A stretch of DNA of 64,000 bases, from NCBI GenBank assembly GCA_963716725.1, contig CAVQUB010000010.1, positions 96,001 through 160,000 on the forward strand. Direction: 5' to 3'. Each line of letters begins with the position of its first letter. Position 1 is the first letter of the stretch. The DNA is from an uncultured delta proteobacterium. Lineage in GTDB: Bacteria > Myxococcota_A > Polyangia > Polyangiales > Polyangiaceae. Position numbers and translations under genes: made by a program. The notes under the pieces were generated by a model. It saw only the letters and a list, made by a program, of their open reading frames with translations. It was not told where the DNA came from and searched no databases. Shown in pieces: positions 42,126-52,517 of this stretch.

Positions 42126-44822
42126 ATGGAGCGATTCGCGAGGTGGCTGGGCCTGCTGGGCGCCGCAGTGGTGTGTTGGGGTTGCACCGACTTGGACGAC
42201 ATCCGGGCCGATGTTTGCGGCAACGGCGTGGTCGACAGCAAGGAGGACTGCGACGGCAGTCCGGGCTGTAACCCGGCTGGAAAGGCCGGGGCCTGCCGGT
42301 TTTCGTGCGAAACTGCCGCCGAATGCCCAGCAGGGTGGCAATGTGGGTCGGACGCCATCTGCCGCGAGCCCACCGGCGAGTTCGAGTCGTTCGTCTCGCT
42401 GCCCACCGCCGACCAGCTGGAGGTCGCGGTGGGTGAGCTCAACGGGTCGCGCCCGGCGGATCTCGTCAGCGTCGGTCCGACTGGAGAGATCACGGTTCGA
42501 TACGGAGGAGGCAGCCTGAGTGACACCGCGACCTTCAGGTCTCGACCGATCTTGCCTGCCATCGGCAAGCTCAGCGAAGACCAGACCGACGACATTGCGC
42601 ACGTGGCGGGGCGCGCGCTCGGTGTGCTCTTGGGCACTTCGCCGAAGGGATTGCGGCCCCTGGCGTACGCTCCCTTCGCCATCGACGACACCGAGGCGCG
42701 CTTCCTAATCACCGAGGGCCGCCGCTCGGATGGCCCCAAGGACTTCATCCACCAGCTCGACGAGATCATCGAGCTGTCGAAGTCCGACATCATCGACGCG
42801 CTCGATCCGGCTCGGCCGATCATCGCCAAGATGCCTTTCGATGTTTCCCTGTTGACTCCGACCGGTATCGACCAGCAGGTGCCCGCGGGAAATATCGACT
42901 CGAGGCCCGAATCCCCCTGCAGCGAGCTCGTGCTCGCCGCGGCTGGAGCGTCAGAGGTCATCGTCTACTCTCTCTGTAAGGGTGCCGGCTACAAGTGGAA
43001 CGACGAGATGGCCTTGGCGCCAAGGGTCAAGCTCCCAGGGGGTGCAAAGGTGTCGCTCGGTGCGGTGCTGGCCGACATCGACGGTGACCAGCGCCTCGAT
43101 CTGTTGATCCTCGGGCCGCTGGCTCCGAAGTCGGAGGCCCCGCCGGGCTACTCGACATTCGTCGCCTTCGGAGCGGGTGACGGCACGTTCAACAGCACCG
43201 TGAACCCGGTGCCCGGCGCGGTCGACCACACTGCGACGCTGTTGGACGTCGAAGCGGCAGCGCTCCCCCTCGCGGCCGGAGATCTGAACCACGACGGCCG
43301 TGCAGACTTCGTCTTTCCCAACACCATCATCTGGAGCAAGAAGCCGTGTTTTAGCCTCTCCAAGAGCTGTTATGACCTCTGGGAGCACTACTTCGACCTG
43401 AAGCAGGCGCGGATAGCCGATCTCAACGGCAACCAAATCAACGACCTGGTGGCCATCGTCGAGGAGTCGCGAACCCTCTATTTCTTCAACGGAAACGGCA
43501 CGAACCTGCCGACCTTGTACGAGATCCCCGTCGAGGGCGAACCCACCGGTCTCGGTATCGGTGACTTCGACGGTGACTTGGTGAACGACGTGGCCGTCGC
43601 GCAGCGCGTGGGCAGCGTGCTTGGGGTCGAAACCGGAACCAATGGAGACTCCATCGTAGCGGGCGGGGGAGGGAACGTGTTCACGGTTGGGTTCGGCAAC
43701 CTGCAGGGAGCGCCGAGCGCCCCCCAGCGCATGGGTGAGCTTGGGCGAATCGATGCCATGGCGACGGGTCACCTCGCGATTCGAGGGCTCGATCTGATGA
43801 GTGACGTCGGAGTGCTCGGACTCGACCAAGCCGGCGTCCCCTCGGTCGCCATTTTCACTGGAGCCAGCAACCGGCAGCTCCAGTCCCCCTTCGAGCTGGC
43901 GGTCGAAGGCGAGGTCCCCGACACTCCGACCGCGATCCAGCTCGGGCGCTTCGACGCCGACGGCTCGCAGCGCGACATCGCCGTGATCGGCGTCAACCAA
44001 AAGCAGAGGCGACTCTGGCTCGTGCCCACGACCGGCGACGCCGCGCTCTCGGTGAACACGACGACCTCCACGGCGCTGCCCGCCGAGTTCGATCCCTGCG
44101 GCTCCTTCCTCGTGCCCATCGACGTCGGCGGAGGCCAGGACGACCTCTACCTCGTGGGGCGCGCGAAGCCACCGCAGTCCGGGACCCAGATCCTCGTCGC
44201 GAAGGCGGGCTCGGGGAAGTGGGAGATTGGCGCGCCGGTAATCCTGGACGACCTCATGATTGTCCCGCACTTCATTCGCTACATCTTCTGCCGCGACACC
44301 GTTCTCGATTTCGACCTGCCGGACATTAGCGAGATCTTGGAGTCGAAAGTGACACACTTCGGTGACGTCGAGGTGGCAGACCTCGATGGCGAGGGGCCCC
44401 GGGAGCTCGTCTTGCTTTCGTTCGAGGCGACTGAGTCCGAGGCAGCCCCCTTTGCAGCCAAGCTGGTGGTGCTCCGCGGTGGCAACCTCGACGCTGCGTC
44501 GCGCATCGACATCGCCTTGCCCGCCGATCGGCATCCGTTCTCGTTCGCGATCCTCAACGCCGACGGCGATCCGGAGCCGGAGATCGCCTATGTTTCACCG
44601 CAAGGCATCTACGTCGCGGACCTCGATCTCGAGGCCCGCACGCTCACCGACTTGACCACCGTGATGGACGTAGCAAGTGCGCAGGGCGGGGCTTCGTCCT
44701 TCGGCGACAGCGCGCCGCTCAACATGGTGTCGGGCGACTTCAACGGTGACGGCATCGCGGACATCGCCATGGCCTATCAGCTGTCCACGGACGTCTACTT
44801 CGGGAAGGCGGTGAACCCATGA
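42126..44822 (+). CDS. FG-GAP/VCBS repeat lipoprotein with N-terminal CGNG Cys-rich domain
   Basis: VVCWG-C; CGNGVVDSKEDCD; repeated DxD/NGD motifs. Confidence 0.85.
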   Translation: MERFARWLGLLGAAVVCWGCTDLDDIRADVCGNGVVDSKEDCDGSPGCNPAGKAGACRFSCETAAECPAGWQCGSDAICREPTGEFESFVSLPTADQLEVAVGELNGSRPADLVSVGPTGEITVRYGGGSLSDTATFRSRPILPAIGKLSEDQTDDIAHVAGRALGVLLGTSPKGLRPLAYAPFAIDDTEARFLITEGRRSDGPKDFIHQLDEIIELSKSDIIDALDPARPIIAKMPFDVSLLTPTGIDQQVPAGNIDSRPESPCSELVLAAAGASEVIVYSLCKGAGYKWNDEMALAPRVKLPGGAKVSLGAVLADIDGDQRLDLLILGPLAPKSEAPPGYSTFVAFGAGDGTFNSTVNPVPGAVDHTATLLDVEAAALPLAAGDLNHDGRADFVFPNTIIWSKKPCFSLSKSCYDLWEHYFDLKQARIADLNGNQINDLVAIVEESRTLYFFNGNGTNLPTLYEIPVEGEPTGLGIGDFDGDLVNDVAVAQRVGSVLGVETGTNGDSIVAGGGGNVFTVGFGNLQGAPSAPQRMGELGRIDAMATGHLAIRGLDLMSDVGVLGLDQAGVPSVAIFTGASNRQLQSPFELAVEGEVPDTPTAIQLGRFDADGSQRDIAVIGVNQKQRRLWLVPTTGDAALSVNTTTSTALPAEFDPCGSFLVPIDVGGGQDDLYLVGRAKPPQSGTQILVAKAGSGKWEIGAPVILDDLMIVPHFIRYIFCRDTVLDFDLPDISEILESKVTHFGDVEVADLDGEGPRELVLLSFEATESEAAPFAAKLVVLRGGNLDAASRIDIALPADRHPFSFAILNADGDPEPEIAYVSPQGIYVADLDLEARTLTDLTTVMDVASAQGGASSFGDSAPLNMVSGDFNGDGIADIAMAYQLSTDVYFGKAVNP

Positions 44823-46045
44823 AGCGCACCGGGGCTCTGCTCGCGCTCGCGGCCGCGCTCTGGTCGGCGCCGGCTGCTGCGGACGAGGCGCGCACCTACT
44901 TCGACATCGGCGCCAAGGCCTATCAAGCGGGGCGCTACCTCGACGCCGCGCAGGCATTCGACGAGGCGTATCGTCGATCGACTCGGCCGGGCCTGCTGTT
45001 CTCCCTGGGACAGGCGCATCGCATGGAGTACTTCGCGCGCAACGACCCGGCGCGGCTCCGGGACGCGATCCGCTACTACGAGGAGTATCTGGCCAAGGAG
45101 CCCCAGGGCAAGCGCGTGGTCGAGACTACCGAGGCCCTCTCGAAGCTGAAGCCCCTCGCGGCGGCGGCTGGCGAGAAGCCGGATTCGCCGGTCGCGCCTG
45201 CGCCGCCGAGTAAGCCCCGCGTGATGATCTCATCGCCCACGCCGGACGTGAAGGTGACCTTCGATGGGCGCGCGGTGAGCCACCCCTTCATCCAGGAGGT
45301 CGAGCCCGGCAAACACAAGGTCGTGCTCAGCGCGCCGGGCTTCGAGGACTACGTGCGCGAGTTCGTGGTGGACGCCAAGACCGGCGCTCCGCCCCTCGAC
45401 ATCCCGCTGGAAGAACGGCCCGCGATGCTCGTGATTCAAGCGCCCGACGGCGCCGAGGTCGCGATTGACGGCCGTCTGCAGGGAGTCACGCCCTTGCCCC
45501 CGCTGCCCGTGGCCTCGGGCCGACACTTCGTGTCCGTCACCATGAACGGCAAGAAGGCGTTCTCCGAGAGCGTCGTGCTGAAGCGCGGGCAGAGAAAGAA
45601 CCTCCCGGCGGGCCTCGAGAGCACAGGTCAGCGCACGGCGTCGTGGGTCCTGATGGGGATCGGCACCGGGGGACTGGTGGCGGGCGGTGTGCTCGCTGCC
45701 CTGGCCTTGAACGAGCAGAACAAAGCAGAGGATCTGCTGGCCGCGACGAAGGGCCCCGGAAGCCAGGCGCCGGACACCATCGCTCGATACGATGAGCGCC
45801 GTGGGAACCGCGACGACTACCGAATGGCGGCCGTCATCACCGCGGCCGCGGGTGCCGGCGTGGGAACCCTCGGGCTGATGCTCTACGCTTTCGATCCGGC
45901 CAAGGCGCCGCTGCCTCCAGCCGAAGAGGCAGTCCCTGGTCAACCCAAGACGCCCGGCGGTCCCACGGCTCCGAGCATGGAGATCTCACTCGCGCCGCTG
46001 TGGGCGCCGGGCTTTGGCGGCGGCAGTGTGATTGGTCGGTTCTGA
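44819..46045 (+). CDS. TPR + double PEGA protein with two hydrophobic helices, ending ...VIGRF
   Basis: Signal peptide; ARTYFDIG..AY..GRY; PGKHKV, SGRHFV; ATGA overlap with the upstream gene. Confidence 0.85.
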   Translation: MKRTGALLALAAALWSAPAAADEARTYFDIGAKAYQAGRYLDAAQAFDEAYRRSTRPGLLFSLGQAHRMEYFARNDPARLRDAIRYYEEYLAKEPQGKRVVETTEALSKLKPLAAAAGEKPDSPVAPAPPSKPRVMISSPTPDVKVTFDGRAVSHPFIQEVEPGKHKVVLSAPGFEDYVREFVVDAKTGAPPLDIPLEERPAMLVIQAPDGAEVAIDGRLQGVTPLPPLPVASGRHFVSVTMNGKKAFSESVVLKRGQRKNLPAGLESTGQRTASWVLMGIGTGGLVAGGVLAALALNEQNKAEDLLAATKGPGSQAPDTIARYDERRGNRDDYRMAAVITAAAGAGVGTLGLMLYAFDPAKAPLPPAEEAVPGQPKTPGGPTAPSMEISLAPLWAPGFGGGSVIGRF

Positions 46046-46069
46046 ACGCGAGCTTGCCGGCTGCTTCTG

Positions 46070-46819
46070 CTAGCCGCCGGGGCAGGTCACCTGCAGGTTG
46101 CCCGCGGAGTCCGCCTTGCACATGTCGCCGCAGGACTCGCTCTTCAAACACGCGCAGCTCGGGCTCGAGCCGCAAGCTGTGGGGAGGGCTTTGCACGCAA
46201 ACTCGTTGGGGTAGCCGCCGACATCGGAGATCGCCATCTGACAGTACTGTTGGCCGATGGTGCAGAAGATGGGACCACAGCCGAACATGCCCTGAGGAGC
46301 CGGGCAGCCGCCTTCGGCGGAGACGTCCTGTCCTCCCGATTGGCCCGCACAAGCGTTCCCTGCTTGCTGGCCGTCGCAGGTGCAGACCGGCGCGTAAAGC
46401 AGGTCGCAGCCTTGGGGGCGCTGCTTGCACGCACCCGGCGAGCCGGCGCCGCAGAGGTTGTCCGGGTAGTCGCACCACTCGCTGGCAGCGCAGGGTTGGC
46501 TGGGCGAGCAGGTGGTGCTGGCCGAGCAGATCCCGGTCGGCGGCCAAGAAGCGCCGGTCGGGCACTCGGGGTTGTTCGGCGTGGGGCAGATCGGAGCGAC
46601 CGGGTTGCCCTTGGCGTCGCAGCACGGGACGAGGCTCTCGCAGGTGCCGCCCCCGCCGCCCGTCCCGCCGCCCGTCCCGCCGCCGATTCCACCGGTGCTG
46701 CCGCCGGTGCCGCCGCCGGCTTGACCGCCGGTATTCGCGCCGTCGCTGTCGGTCGAACCGCCGCAGCCGACGGCGAGCACAGCGAGCAGAGTGAAGGTCG
46801 AGAGCAGAGCTCGGGTCAT
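46070..46819 (-). CDS. Cys-rich lipoprotein with Kazal-like segment
   Basis: LAVG-C lipobox, Gly/Thr linker, CDLLYAPVCTCDG....NAC; start uncertain (46819/46828/46837). Confidence 0.75.
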   Translation of the reverse strand: MTRALLSTFTLLAVLAVGCGGSTDSDGANTGGQAGGGTGGSTGGIGGGTGGGTGGGGGTCESLVPCCDAKGNPVAPICPTPNNPECPTGASWPPTGICSASTTCSPSQPCAASEWCDYPDNLCGAGSPGACKQRPQGCDLLYAPVCTCDGQQAGNACAGQSGGQDVSAEGGCPAPQGMFGCGPIFCTIGQQYCQMAISDVGGYPNEFACKALPTACGSSPSCACLKSESCGDMCKADSAGNLQVTCPGG

Positions 46820-46914
46820 GCCCGGCATCGTTTGCAACTCATGTTCCAGGCGGTGGTGGCGAACAAACGCCGAAAAACCTCAGGGGCCTGTGCCGCGCTG
46901 TGCCAGGTCCCGGA

Positions 46915-48822
46915 TCACTTCTTCGCGCAGTTCGGGCACATCGGCTCGCTGTCGGCCTCGTCCACGCAGATGAGGTCCCACTTGCCGGTGCTGCTGTTGC
47001 AGCAGAACTTGTCCTTGGCGCACACGACCTTCGTGCACTCGCTGCAGGTCTCGGCGAGGGCCACGCCGGTCACGCACTCGCTGTGGGTACCGCAGGCGTC
47101 CTTGGCGCAGGCCCCACCGCATTCGGGCTTGATGGTCGGGTCCTTGAGCACGTAGTCGACGCATTTCTGGGACCACTGGCCGTTCTGGGCGTCGCAACAC
47201 GATGGATCGTGGTTGCAGACGGCCAAGGTGCAGGTGGTGCACGACTTTTTCATGGCCGCGCCCGTCTCGCACGGCGTGTGGGAGGTGCAGGCCGGATCCT
47301 GGCAGGGGCTCGCGCAGATGGCCGCGACCTCGGCCACACAGAGATCGTCCCAGCCCTTGGTGCAGCAGAAGCTGTCGACGGCGCAGATCGCCGCTTCACA
47401 GACGCCGCACTTGGGATCGAGGGCGTCGCCCGTGGTGCACTTGTCGTGCCCGCAGTTGCCGCTGGTGGTGGTGGTGCCCCCGCTGCCGGCACCGCAGCCG
47501 TCGAGGGGGTTGGCGCAGGGCAGGCAGACGCCGTAACCACCCGCCACCTCCTGGCACTGCATGTGGAGCTGGTGCTTCTTGTCCTTGCCGAACAGGTAAT
47601 CCATCAAGAACGCGCCGGCGATCTGCATCAGGGGGTCGCCCTTGAACAAGCTGCTGACGAGCGGGTCGAGCTCGATGGGCTTGCAGTCTGCGTCGTCGTT
47701 GCAGGGCACGCAGACGCCGCACTTCTTGTCGCCGATGATCTCGATGCTGGCGCAGGCATTCATCGGGAATTTCTGAATCGCGTCTTGGATCTTGACCTTC
47801 TTGATGCCCAGGTTGATTTCGGGGCCACCGACCAGATCCCGGATGATCTTGCCGATGTTCACGTCCATGCTCACGCCGGCGCAGTTGGCGTCGCCCGAGC
47901 AGGTGTTGGTCACTCCGTCGAAAGGAGCCGGCAAGACGGCACCCGACGAGAGCAAGTCCGTGCAGCCCGTGGCCGGGTGCGTGCACGTGCCGTGCGTCCC
48001 GCCGTTGACCGGGAACTTGCACTTCCAGGTCTCGTTCGAGCTGGTATTGCCGCAGCCGTAACACTCGGCGTCGGTCTTGCAGTCAGCGCCCTCGCCGCCG
48101 GCGGAGCCGCAGGGCTTGATGCACTTCCCTCCCGAGCACTCCATGCCGGTCACGCAGGCCTTGGTGGGCGAGCACTCCGAGCAGACGTGGTTGTTGCACG
48201 CGAAAGCCTGCACGCCGCCGACCTCGCACTTGCCGCAGTCGCTGTCCTGCGAGCAGTTGGTCGGGCATTTGTCTTCGCAGGTGCCCGTCGCGCCGCAGCC
48301 CTGGTTGCCGGTACACGAGGAGGCATTGCCGCCGACGCAGGCCACGCACTTGTTGGTGCCCGTGTCGCAGATCTGGTGCATCGGATCGCAGGCGGCGCAG
48401 TCGGCGTCCTTCTGGCACGAGATCGTCGGGGTGCCGGTGGAGTCCGCGGGGCAGGTCAGCTCTTCCGGCGCGCAGGTGCCGAAGCCCGTGCACTGCTCAC
48501 CGGCCTTGCAGTCACTCTTGCTCTTGCACGCGATGCAGCGTGTGTTCGGGATGTCGCAGATCGTGCGACCGTAGGAACAACCCTCGCACTCGGCGTTCGA
48601 GTGGCAATTGTTCAAGAGGCACATGCCCGAGCCGAAGGCGCCGCCGCCGGCGGCGCCGCCCAGCCCGCTGTCGTCTCCCCCGCTGCCCCCGCTCCCGCCG
48701 CCGCCGCCGTTGGAGGGGGGGCCGCTGCCGTCGCTGTCGCCGCCGCAGCCGGGCAGCGCCGCAGCGAGGGCCAGGCCCGCAGCGAGAGTGGTGGCCAACA
48801 CGCCCTTCAAAGACAAAGCCAT
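46915..48822 (-). CDS. Large Cys-rich lipoprotein, paralog A, with three C-terminal HxxC..CCxxxW repeats
   Basis: ALPG-C lipobox, Gly linker, very high Cys content, strong codon bias. Confidence 0.85.
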   Translation of the reverse strand: MALSLKGVLATTLAAGLALAAALPGCGGDSDGSGPPSNGGGGGSGGSGGDDSGLGGAAGGGAFGSGMCLLNNCHSNAECEGCSYGRTICDIPNTRCIACKSKSDCKAGEQCTGFGTCAPEELTCPADSTGTPTISCQKDADCAACDPMHQICDTGTNKCVACVGGNASSCTGNQGCGATGTCEDKCPTNCSQDSDCGKCEVGGVQAFACNNHVCSECSPTKACVTGMECSGGKCIKPCGSAGGEGADCKTDAECYGCGNTSSNETWKCKFPVNGGTHGTCTHPATGCTDLLSSGAVLPAPFDGVTNTCSGDANCAGVSMDVNIGKIIRDLVGGPEINLGIKKVKIQDAIQKFPMNACASIEIIGDKKCGVCVPCNDDADCKPIELDPLVSSLFKGDPLMQIAGAFLMDYLFGKDKKHQLHMQCQEVAGGYGVCLPCANPLDGCGAGSGGTTTTSGNCGHDKCTTGDALDPKCGVCEAAICAVDSFCCTKGWDDLCVAEVAAICASPCQDPACTSHTPCETGAAMKKSCTTCTLAVCNHDPSCCDAQNGQWSQKCVDYVLKDPTIKPECGGACAKDACGTHSECVTGVALAETCSECTKVVCAKDKFCCNSSTGKWDLICVDEADSEPMCPNCAKK

Positions 48823-48888
48823 GCTGGGAGGATAGCAGAGACGGCTCGGCGCGCGCGCCTCCCGCTTGGCCCCGAGAGCCGCGGTCCG

Positions 48889-48915
48889 GCCCCCCTCGCG
48901 GTCGGCGAGAGGGGC
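48889..48915 (-). terminator. 11-bp GC-rich stem-loop between the two paralogs (no U-tract)
   Basis: Minus-strand GCCCCTCTCGC-CGACC-GCGAGGGGGGC pairs fully, with one G-U pair. Confidence 0.45.
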
Positions 48916-48956
48916 TTCTTCGTTGCCGCGACGGGCTCAGGCCCGCCGCGCGCCCG

Positions 48957-50825
48957 TCACGGACAGGTGCAGCCGGTCGTGGTCTTGGCCTTGGTGACGC
49001 ACATGCTGTCCCAGGAGGTGCTGCAGCAGAACGCGTCGGCCGCGCAGACGTTCGTCGCGCAGGTGGAGCAGGTCTTGACCAGCGGGCCGCCCGTGGAGCA
49101 CTCGCTGTGTGCGCAACCCGTGCCGCAGGCCGAGGCGCAGGCCGTCTCGGCTTTGGACTCGGTCACGCACTGGCTATCCCACTTGTTGTCACAGCAGAAG
49201 GCGTCCTTGTCGCAGACCGCCTTGGTGCACGCGCTGCAAGTCGGGCTCAGCGCCTTGCCTTCGGTGCAGGGCGTGTGGTCGCAGGTCGTGGTGCCCCCAC
49301 CGGAGCAGCCGTTCGGGCAATATTTGTCGACGGCCTTGATACAGATGTCGTCCCACGCGGTCGTGCAGCAGTACGAGTCGTGCTTGCAGACCTCGGAGGC
49401 GCAAGAGTCGCAGCTCTCTTTGAGCGGGCCACCCTTCTCGCAGACCTTGTGGTCGCACGAGCCGGTGCCGCCCCCGGTGGTCTGGCCGCAGGCCTTCAGT
49501 GGGTTCGAGCAGGGCATGCAGACGCCGTAGCCCGCCGCCACGTTCAGACACTGGAAGTGCAGGCTGTGGTCCTTCTCGGAGCCGTACAGCACCTCGAGCA
49601 GGAGCTTGCCGGCGATCTGCACCAGCGGATCGCCCTTGAACAGGTCGAACGAGACCTTGTCCATGTCGATCTTCTGGCAATCCGAGTCGGCCTTGCAGGG
49701 CACGCAGACGCCGCACTTGACGTCGTTGATCAGGTTGATGCTCGCGCACTTCGGCATGCCGTACTTGACGAGGGAGTCCTGGATCTTGATCTTCTTGCCG
49801 AAGACGTCGATTTCTGGCCCCCCCACCAGATCACGCACCAGCTGGCCGACGTTGTACTCGATGCCGACCCCGGCGCAGTTCGTGTCCGTGGAGCAGAGGT
49901 TGGTCACCTTGTCGTAGGGGGGCGGCAAGACGGCGCCCTGACCCAGATCCGAGCACCCCGTGGCCGGCGCAGCGCAGACTCCGTGCAGCCCGCCGTTGAG
50001 CGGCAGCTTGCAGTCCCACTTCGGCGCCGTCGTATTGGTCGGATCGCCGCAGCCTTCGCAGTCGGCCTTACCGTTGCAGGTGCCGGCGGCTTGGCCCGGG
50101 ATGCCACAGGGCTTGATGCAGGTGCCCTTCTGGCAGACGAAGCCAGCGGCGCATGCGTAGGTGTCGGAGCACTCCGCGCACTTGTGGTTGTAACAAGCCT
50201 TGGCCTTCTTGCCGGCGGTGTACTCGCAACGCATGCAGTCGTTGTTGGTCGTGCAGCTGTCGGGACACTTGTGGGAGCACTTGTTGTCCACGCAGATGTC
50301 CGACTCGGAACACTGGCTCGTGTTGGTGTCGGTACAGGCGACGCACTTGCTCTTGGCGGCGTCGCAGATCTGGTGCATCGGGTCGCAGGCGGCGCAGTCC
50401 GCGTTCGACTTGCAGGTGACGGTTGGCTCACCGTTGGCGTCCGCCGGGCAGGTCTGGCCCGTCGGCGCGCAGGTCCCGAACGACGTGCACTCTTGCCCCG
50501 CAGGGCAGCCTTGGCCGGTCGACGGGTCGCAGGCGACGCAGCGGTTCTCGGAGACCTTGCACTTGTTGCGGCCGGAGGTGCAGCCGGAGCAGTCGGCATC
50601 CGAGCTGCAATTGTTCAAGAGGCAGACATTCGACGAGCCGCCGGATCCCCCGGCGCCGCCCAGGCTGCCGCCGGAGCCCCCGGTGTTTCCCGTGTTTCCG
50701 GAGCCGCCAGCGCCCCCGGGGCTGCTGGCGTCGTCGTCGCCGCCGCAGGCCGGAGCGAGAGTGATCGGAATGGCCACGGCACAGGCCGCAATGAACAAGC
50801 CCTTGAGGCGATGGATGAAAGACAC
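48957..50825 (-). CDS. Large Cys-rich lipoprotein, paralog B
   Basis: GAGGAGG SD before GTG 50825; LAPA-C lipobox; colinear with 46915-48822. Confidence 0.85.
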   Translation of the reverse strand: MSFIHRLKGLFIAACAVAIPITLAPACGGDDDASSPGGAGGSGNTGNTGGSGGSLGGAGGSGGSSNVCLLNNCSSDADCSGCTSGRNKCKVSENRCVACDPSTGQGCPAGQECTSFGTCAPTGQTCPADANGEPTVTCKSNADCAACDPMHQICDAAKSKCVACTDTNTSQCSESDICVDNKCSHKCPDSCTTNNDCMRCEYTAGKKAKACYNHKCAECSDTYACAAGFVCQKGTCIKPCGIPGQAAGTCNGKADCEGCGDPTNTTAPKWDCKLPLNGGLHGVCAAPATGCSDLGQGAVLPPPYDKVTNLCSTDTNCAGVGIEYNVGQLVRDLVGGPEIDVFGKKIKIQDSLVKYGMPKCASINLINDVKCGVCVPCKADSDCQKIDMDKVSFDLFKGDPLVQIAGKLLLEVLYGSEKDHSLHFQCLNVAAGYGVCMPCSNPLKACGQTTGGGTGSCDHKVCEKGGPLKESCDSCASEVCKHDSYCCTTAWDDICIKAVDKYCPNGCSGGGTTTCDHTPCTEGKALSPTCSACTKAVCDKDAFCCDNKWDSQCVTESKAETACASACGTGCAHSECSTGGPLVKTCSTCATNVCAADAFCCSTSWDSMCVTKAKTTTGCTCP

Positions 50826-50993
50826 GGGAGCCTCCTCTGAGATGCTAAGCCGAGCCGTCAGGATAGCTAACCCCGACGACAAAGGAAAACCGCGCGCGGT
50901 GTACACCCAGGGCCCCAGCCCTGCAACCGCCGCGGGGGGCGCATGTGGGTCCCTCGGTGCCTGTTCGAGCCGAGGGCGGTTTGCTGCTGAAAA

Positions 50994-52421
50994 TCACTTC
51001 AGGCGGTAGACGACCTCGGAGCCCACCAACAGGTCGTGGGCCGCGCGTTTGTCGGACTGAAAGGCCGCCAAGGCGAGGCCCGCCGCGTACAGCAGGCTCA
51101 GGAGCACGTTCCCCAGAGCAACCGCCAGGACCAAGCCCTTGAAGGCGTCGACGTCCGTGAGCTGGATTTGCCGGATGGCGAGCTGCAACCCGCCGCGCCC
51201 CTCAGTCAGTAAAATCACGAGTCCGGCGAAGAACGGCAGCCACATGCTGGCCACGGTCCGCAACAGCGAACGCCCGACGCCCAGAGGACCTCCGTCAAGG
51301 CCCCGCACCCGTAGATTCATCAGCGCCTTGCCTAGGGTCTGTCCGCGAGTGGCGTGCGCGGCGGTGACGTAGGCCAAGTGCAAGAACAAACCTGGCAGAC
51401 CCAAGAGGCCGATGACCAGACTCGCGAGAGCGACGTCGATGCCCACCGCGGCGCCGCGGACCCAGAAACCGCCGAAGCGCACCTTTTCGGGCGCGGCGGC
51501 GTCGAGCGCGGCGAGCAGGTCGTCGTAGCTCGGGAAGCGGTCATCGGGCGCCTTGGCCATCAAGCGCTCGATGATCGATGCCAGGGGCTTCGGCGTGTCC
51601 GGGGAGGCGCTGGCGAGCTTGGGCGGCGGCTCGGTCAGATGCTTGCTGATGACCGCCACCGGCGTCTTGGCGTCGAAGGGCGGCTTGCCGGAGAGCAGGT
51701 GATAAAAGGTGCATCCGACCGAGTACATGTCCGCCCGGTGATCGATTTCGTCGCCTTTCGCTTGCTCCGGCGCCATGTAGAGCGGGCTGCCGACGACGGC
51801 GCCGTCGCGAGTGATCTTCGAGTCGGTGCCTCCAACGGGTTTCGCCACTCCGAAATCGGCGATCTTGACCGAGCCGTGCTTGTCGATCAGGAGGTTGCTC
51901 GGTTTGATGTCGCGGTGGATGATGCCCGCCGTCTGCGCGTCGCGCAGGCCGCGCGCCACCTGAATCATCAGCGCGCGGGCCCGTTCCGGCGCGATGCGCT
52001 CGTGGCGTTCGACGAAGCTCTCGAGATCCCCGCCGTCGACCAGTTCCATGGCGAAGAAGAGCGAGGTCTTCCCGCTCTCGTCCGCGGCGGGCGTTCGACC
52101 GATGTAGTAGATGTGTGCGACGTGCGGGGAGTTGAGTCGCGCCTGCGCCCGCGCTTCTCGCAAGAACCGCTCTTGGAGCTCGCCGCTCTCCGCGAGATCG
52201 TGGGGCAACACCTTGATGGCGACCCGGCGGTCCAGGGAGCGATCGTGCCCCGAATACACCGCGCCCATGCCGCCGCTGCCCAGGGGTTTGTCGACGTCGA
52301 AGTGGTCGAAGCGCTTTCCTACCCAGCGTCGGATGTCCGCGCTGGGTGGCTTGGATGTTGCGCGCGGACCACTCTCGTCGAGCAGTGTGGTCTCGAATGC
52401 GTCAGCCCCTTGGACGCTCAT
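50994..52421 (-). CDS. Ser/Thr kinase fused to an RDD membrane domain
   Basis: LGSGGMG, HRDIKPSN, DFG, GSPLYMAPE; C-terminal FWVRGAAVGID, GQTLGK, RAAHD. Confidence 0.9.
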   Translation of the reverse strand: MSVQGADAFETTLLDESGPRATSKPPSADIRRWVGKRFDHFDVDKPLGSGGMGAVYSGHDRSLDRRVAIKVLPHDLAESGELQERFLREARAQARLNSPHVAHIYYIGRTPAADESGKTSLFFAMELVDGGDLESFVERHERIAPERARALMIQVARGLRDAQTAGIIHRDIKPSNLLIDKHGSVKIADFGVAKPVGGTDSKITRDGAVVGSPLYMAPEQAKGDEIDHRADMYSVGCTFYHLLSGKPPFDAKTPVAVISKHLTEPPPKLASASPDTPKPLASIIERLMAKAPDDRFPSYDDLLAALDAAAPEKVRFGGFWVRGAAVGIDVALASLVIGLLGLPGLFLHLAYVTAAHATRGQTLGKALMNLRVRGLDGGPLGVGRSLLRTVASMWLPFFAGLVILLTEGRGGLQLAIRQIQLTDVDAFKGLVLAVALGNVLLSLLYAAGLALAAFQSDKRAAHDLLVGSEVVYRLK

Positions 52422-52517
52422 CACGGATCCCTTGGACAATGTTCCCACCACGGGGGGCCAGGAGCAATGCTCGTGCCAGAGCCAGCTGCGAACGCGGGGA
52501 CGCAGCCGGCGAGGCGG

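Noticed and set aside
46650..46730. CCGCCG-rich tandem repeats as a DNA element
   Set aside because: They simply encode the Gly/Thr linker of a lipoprotein; the same holds near 48640-48720 and 50640-50710.
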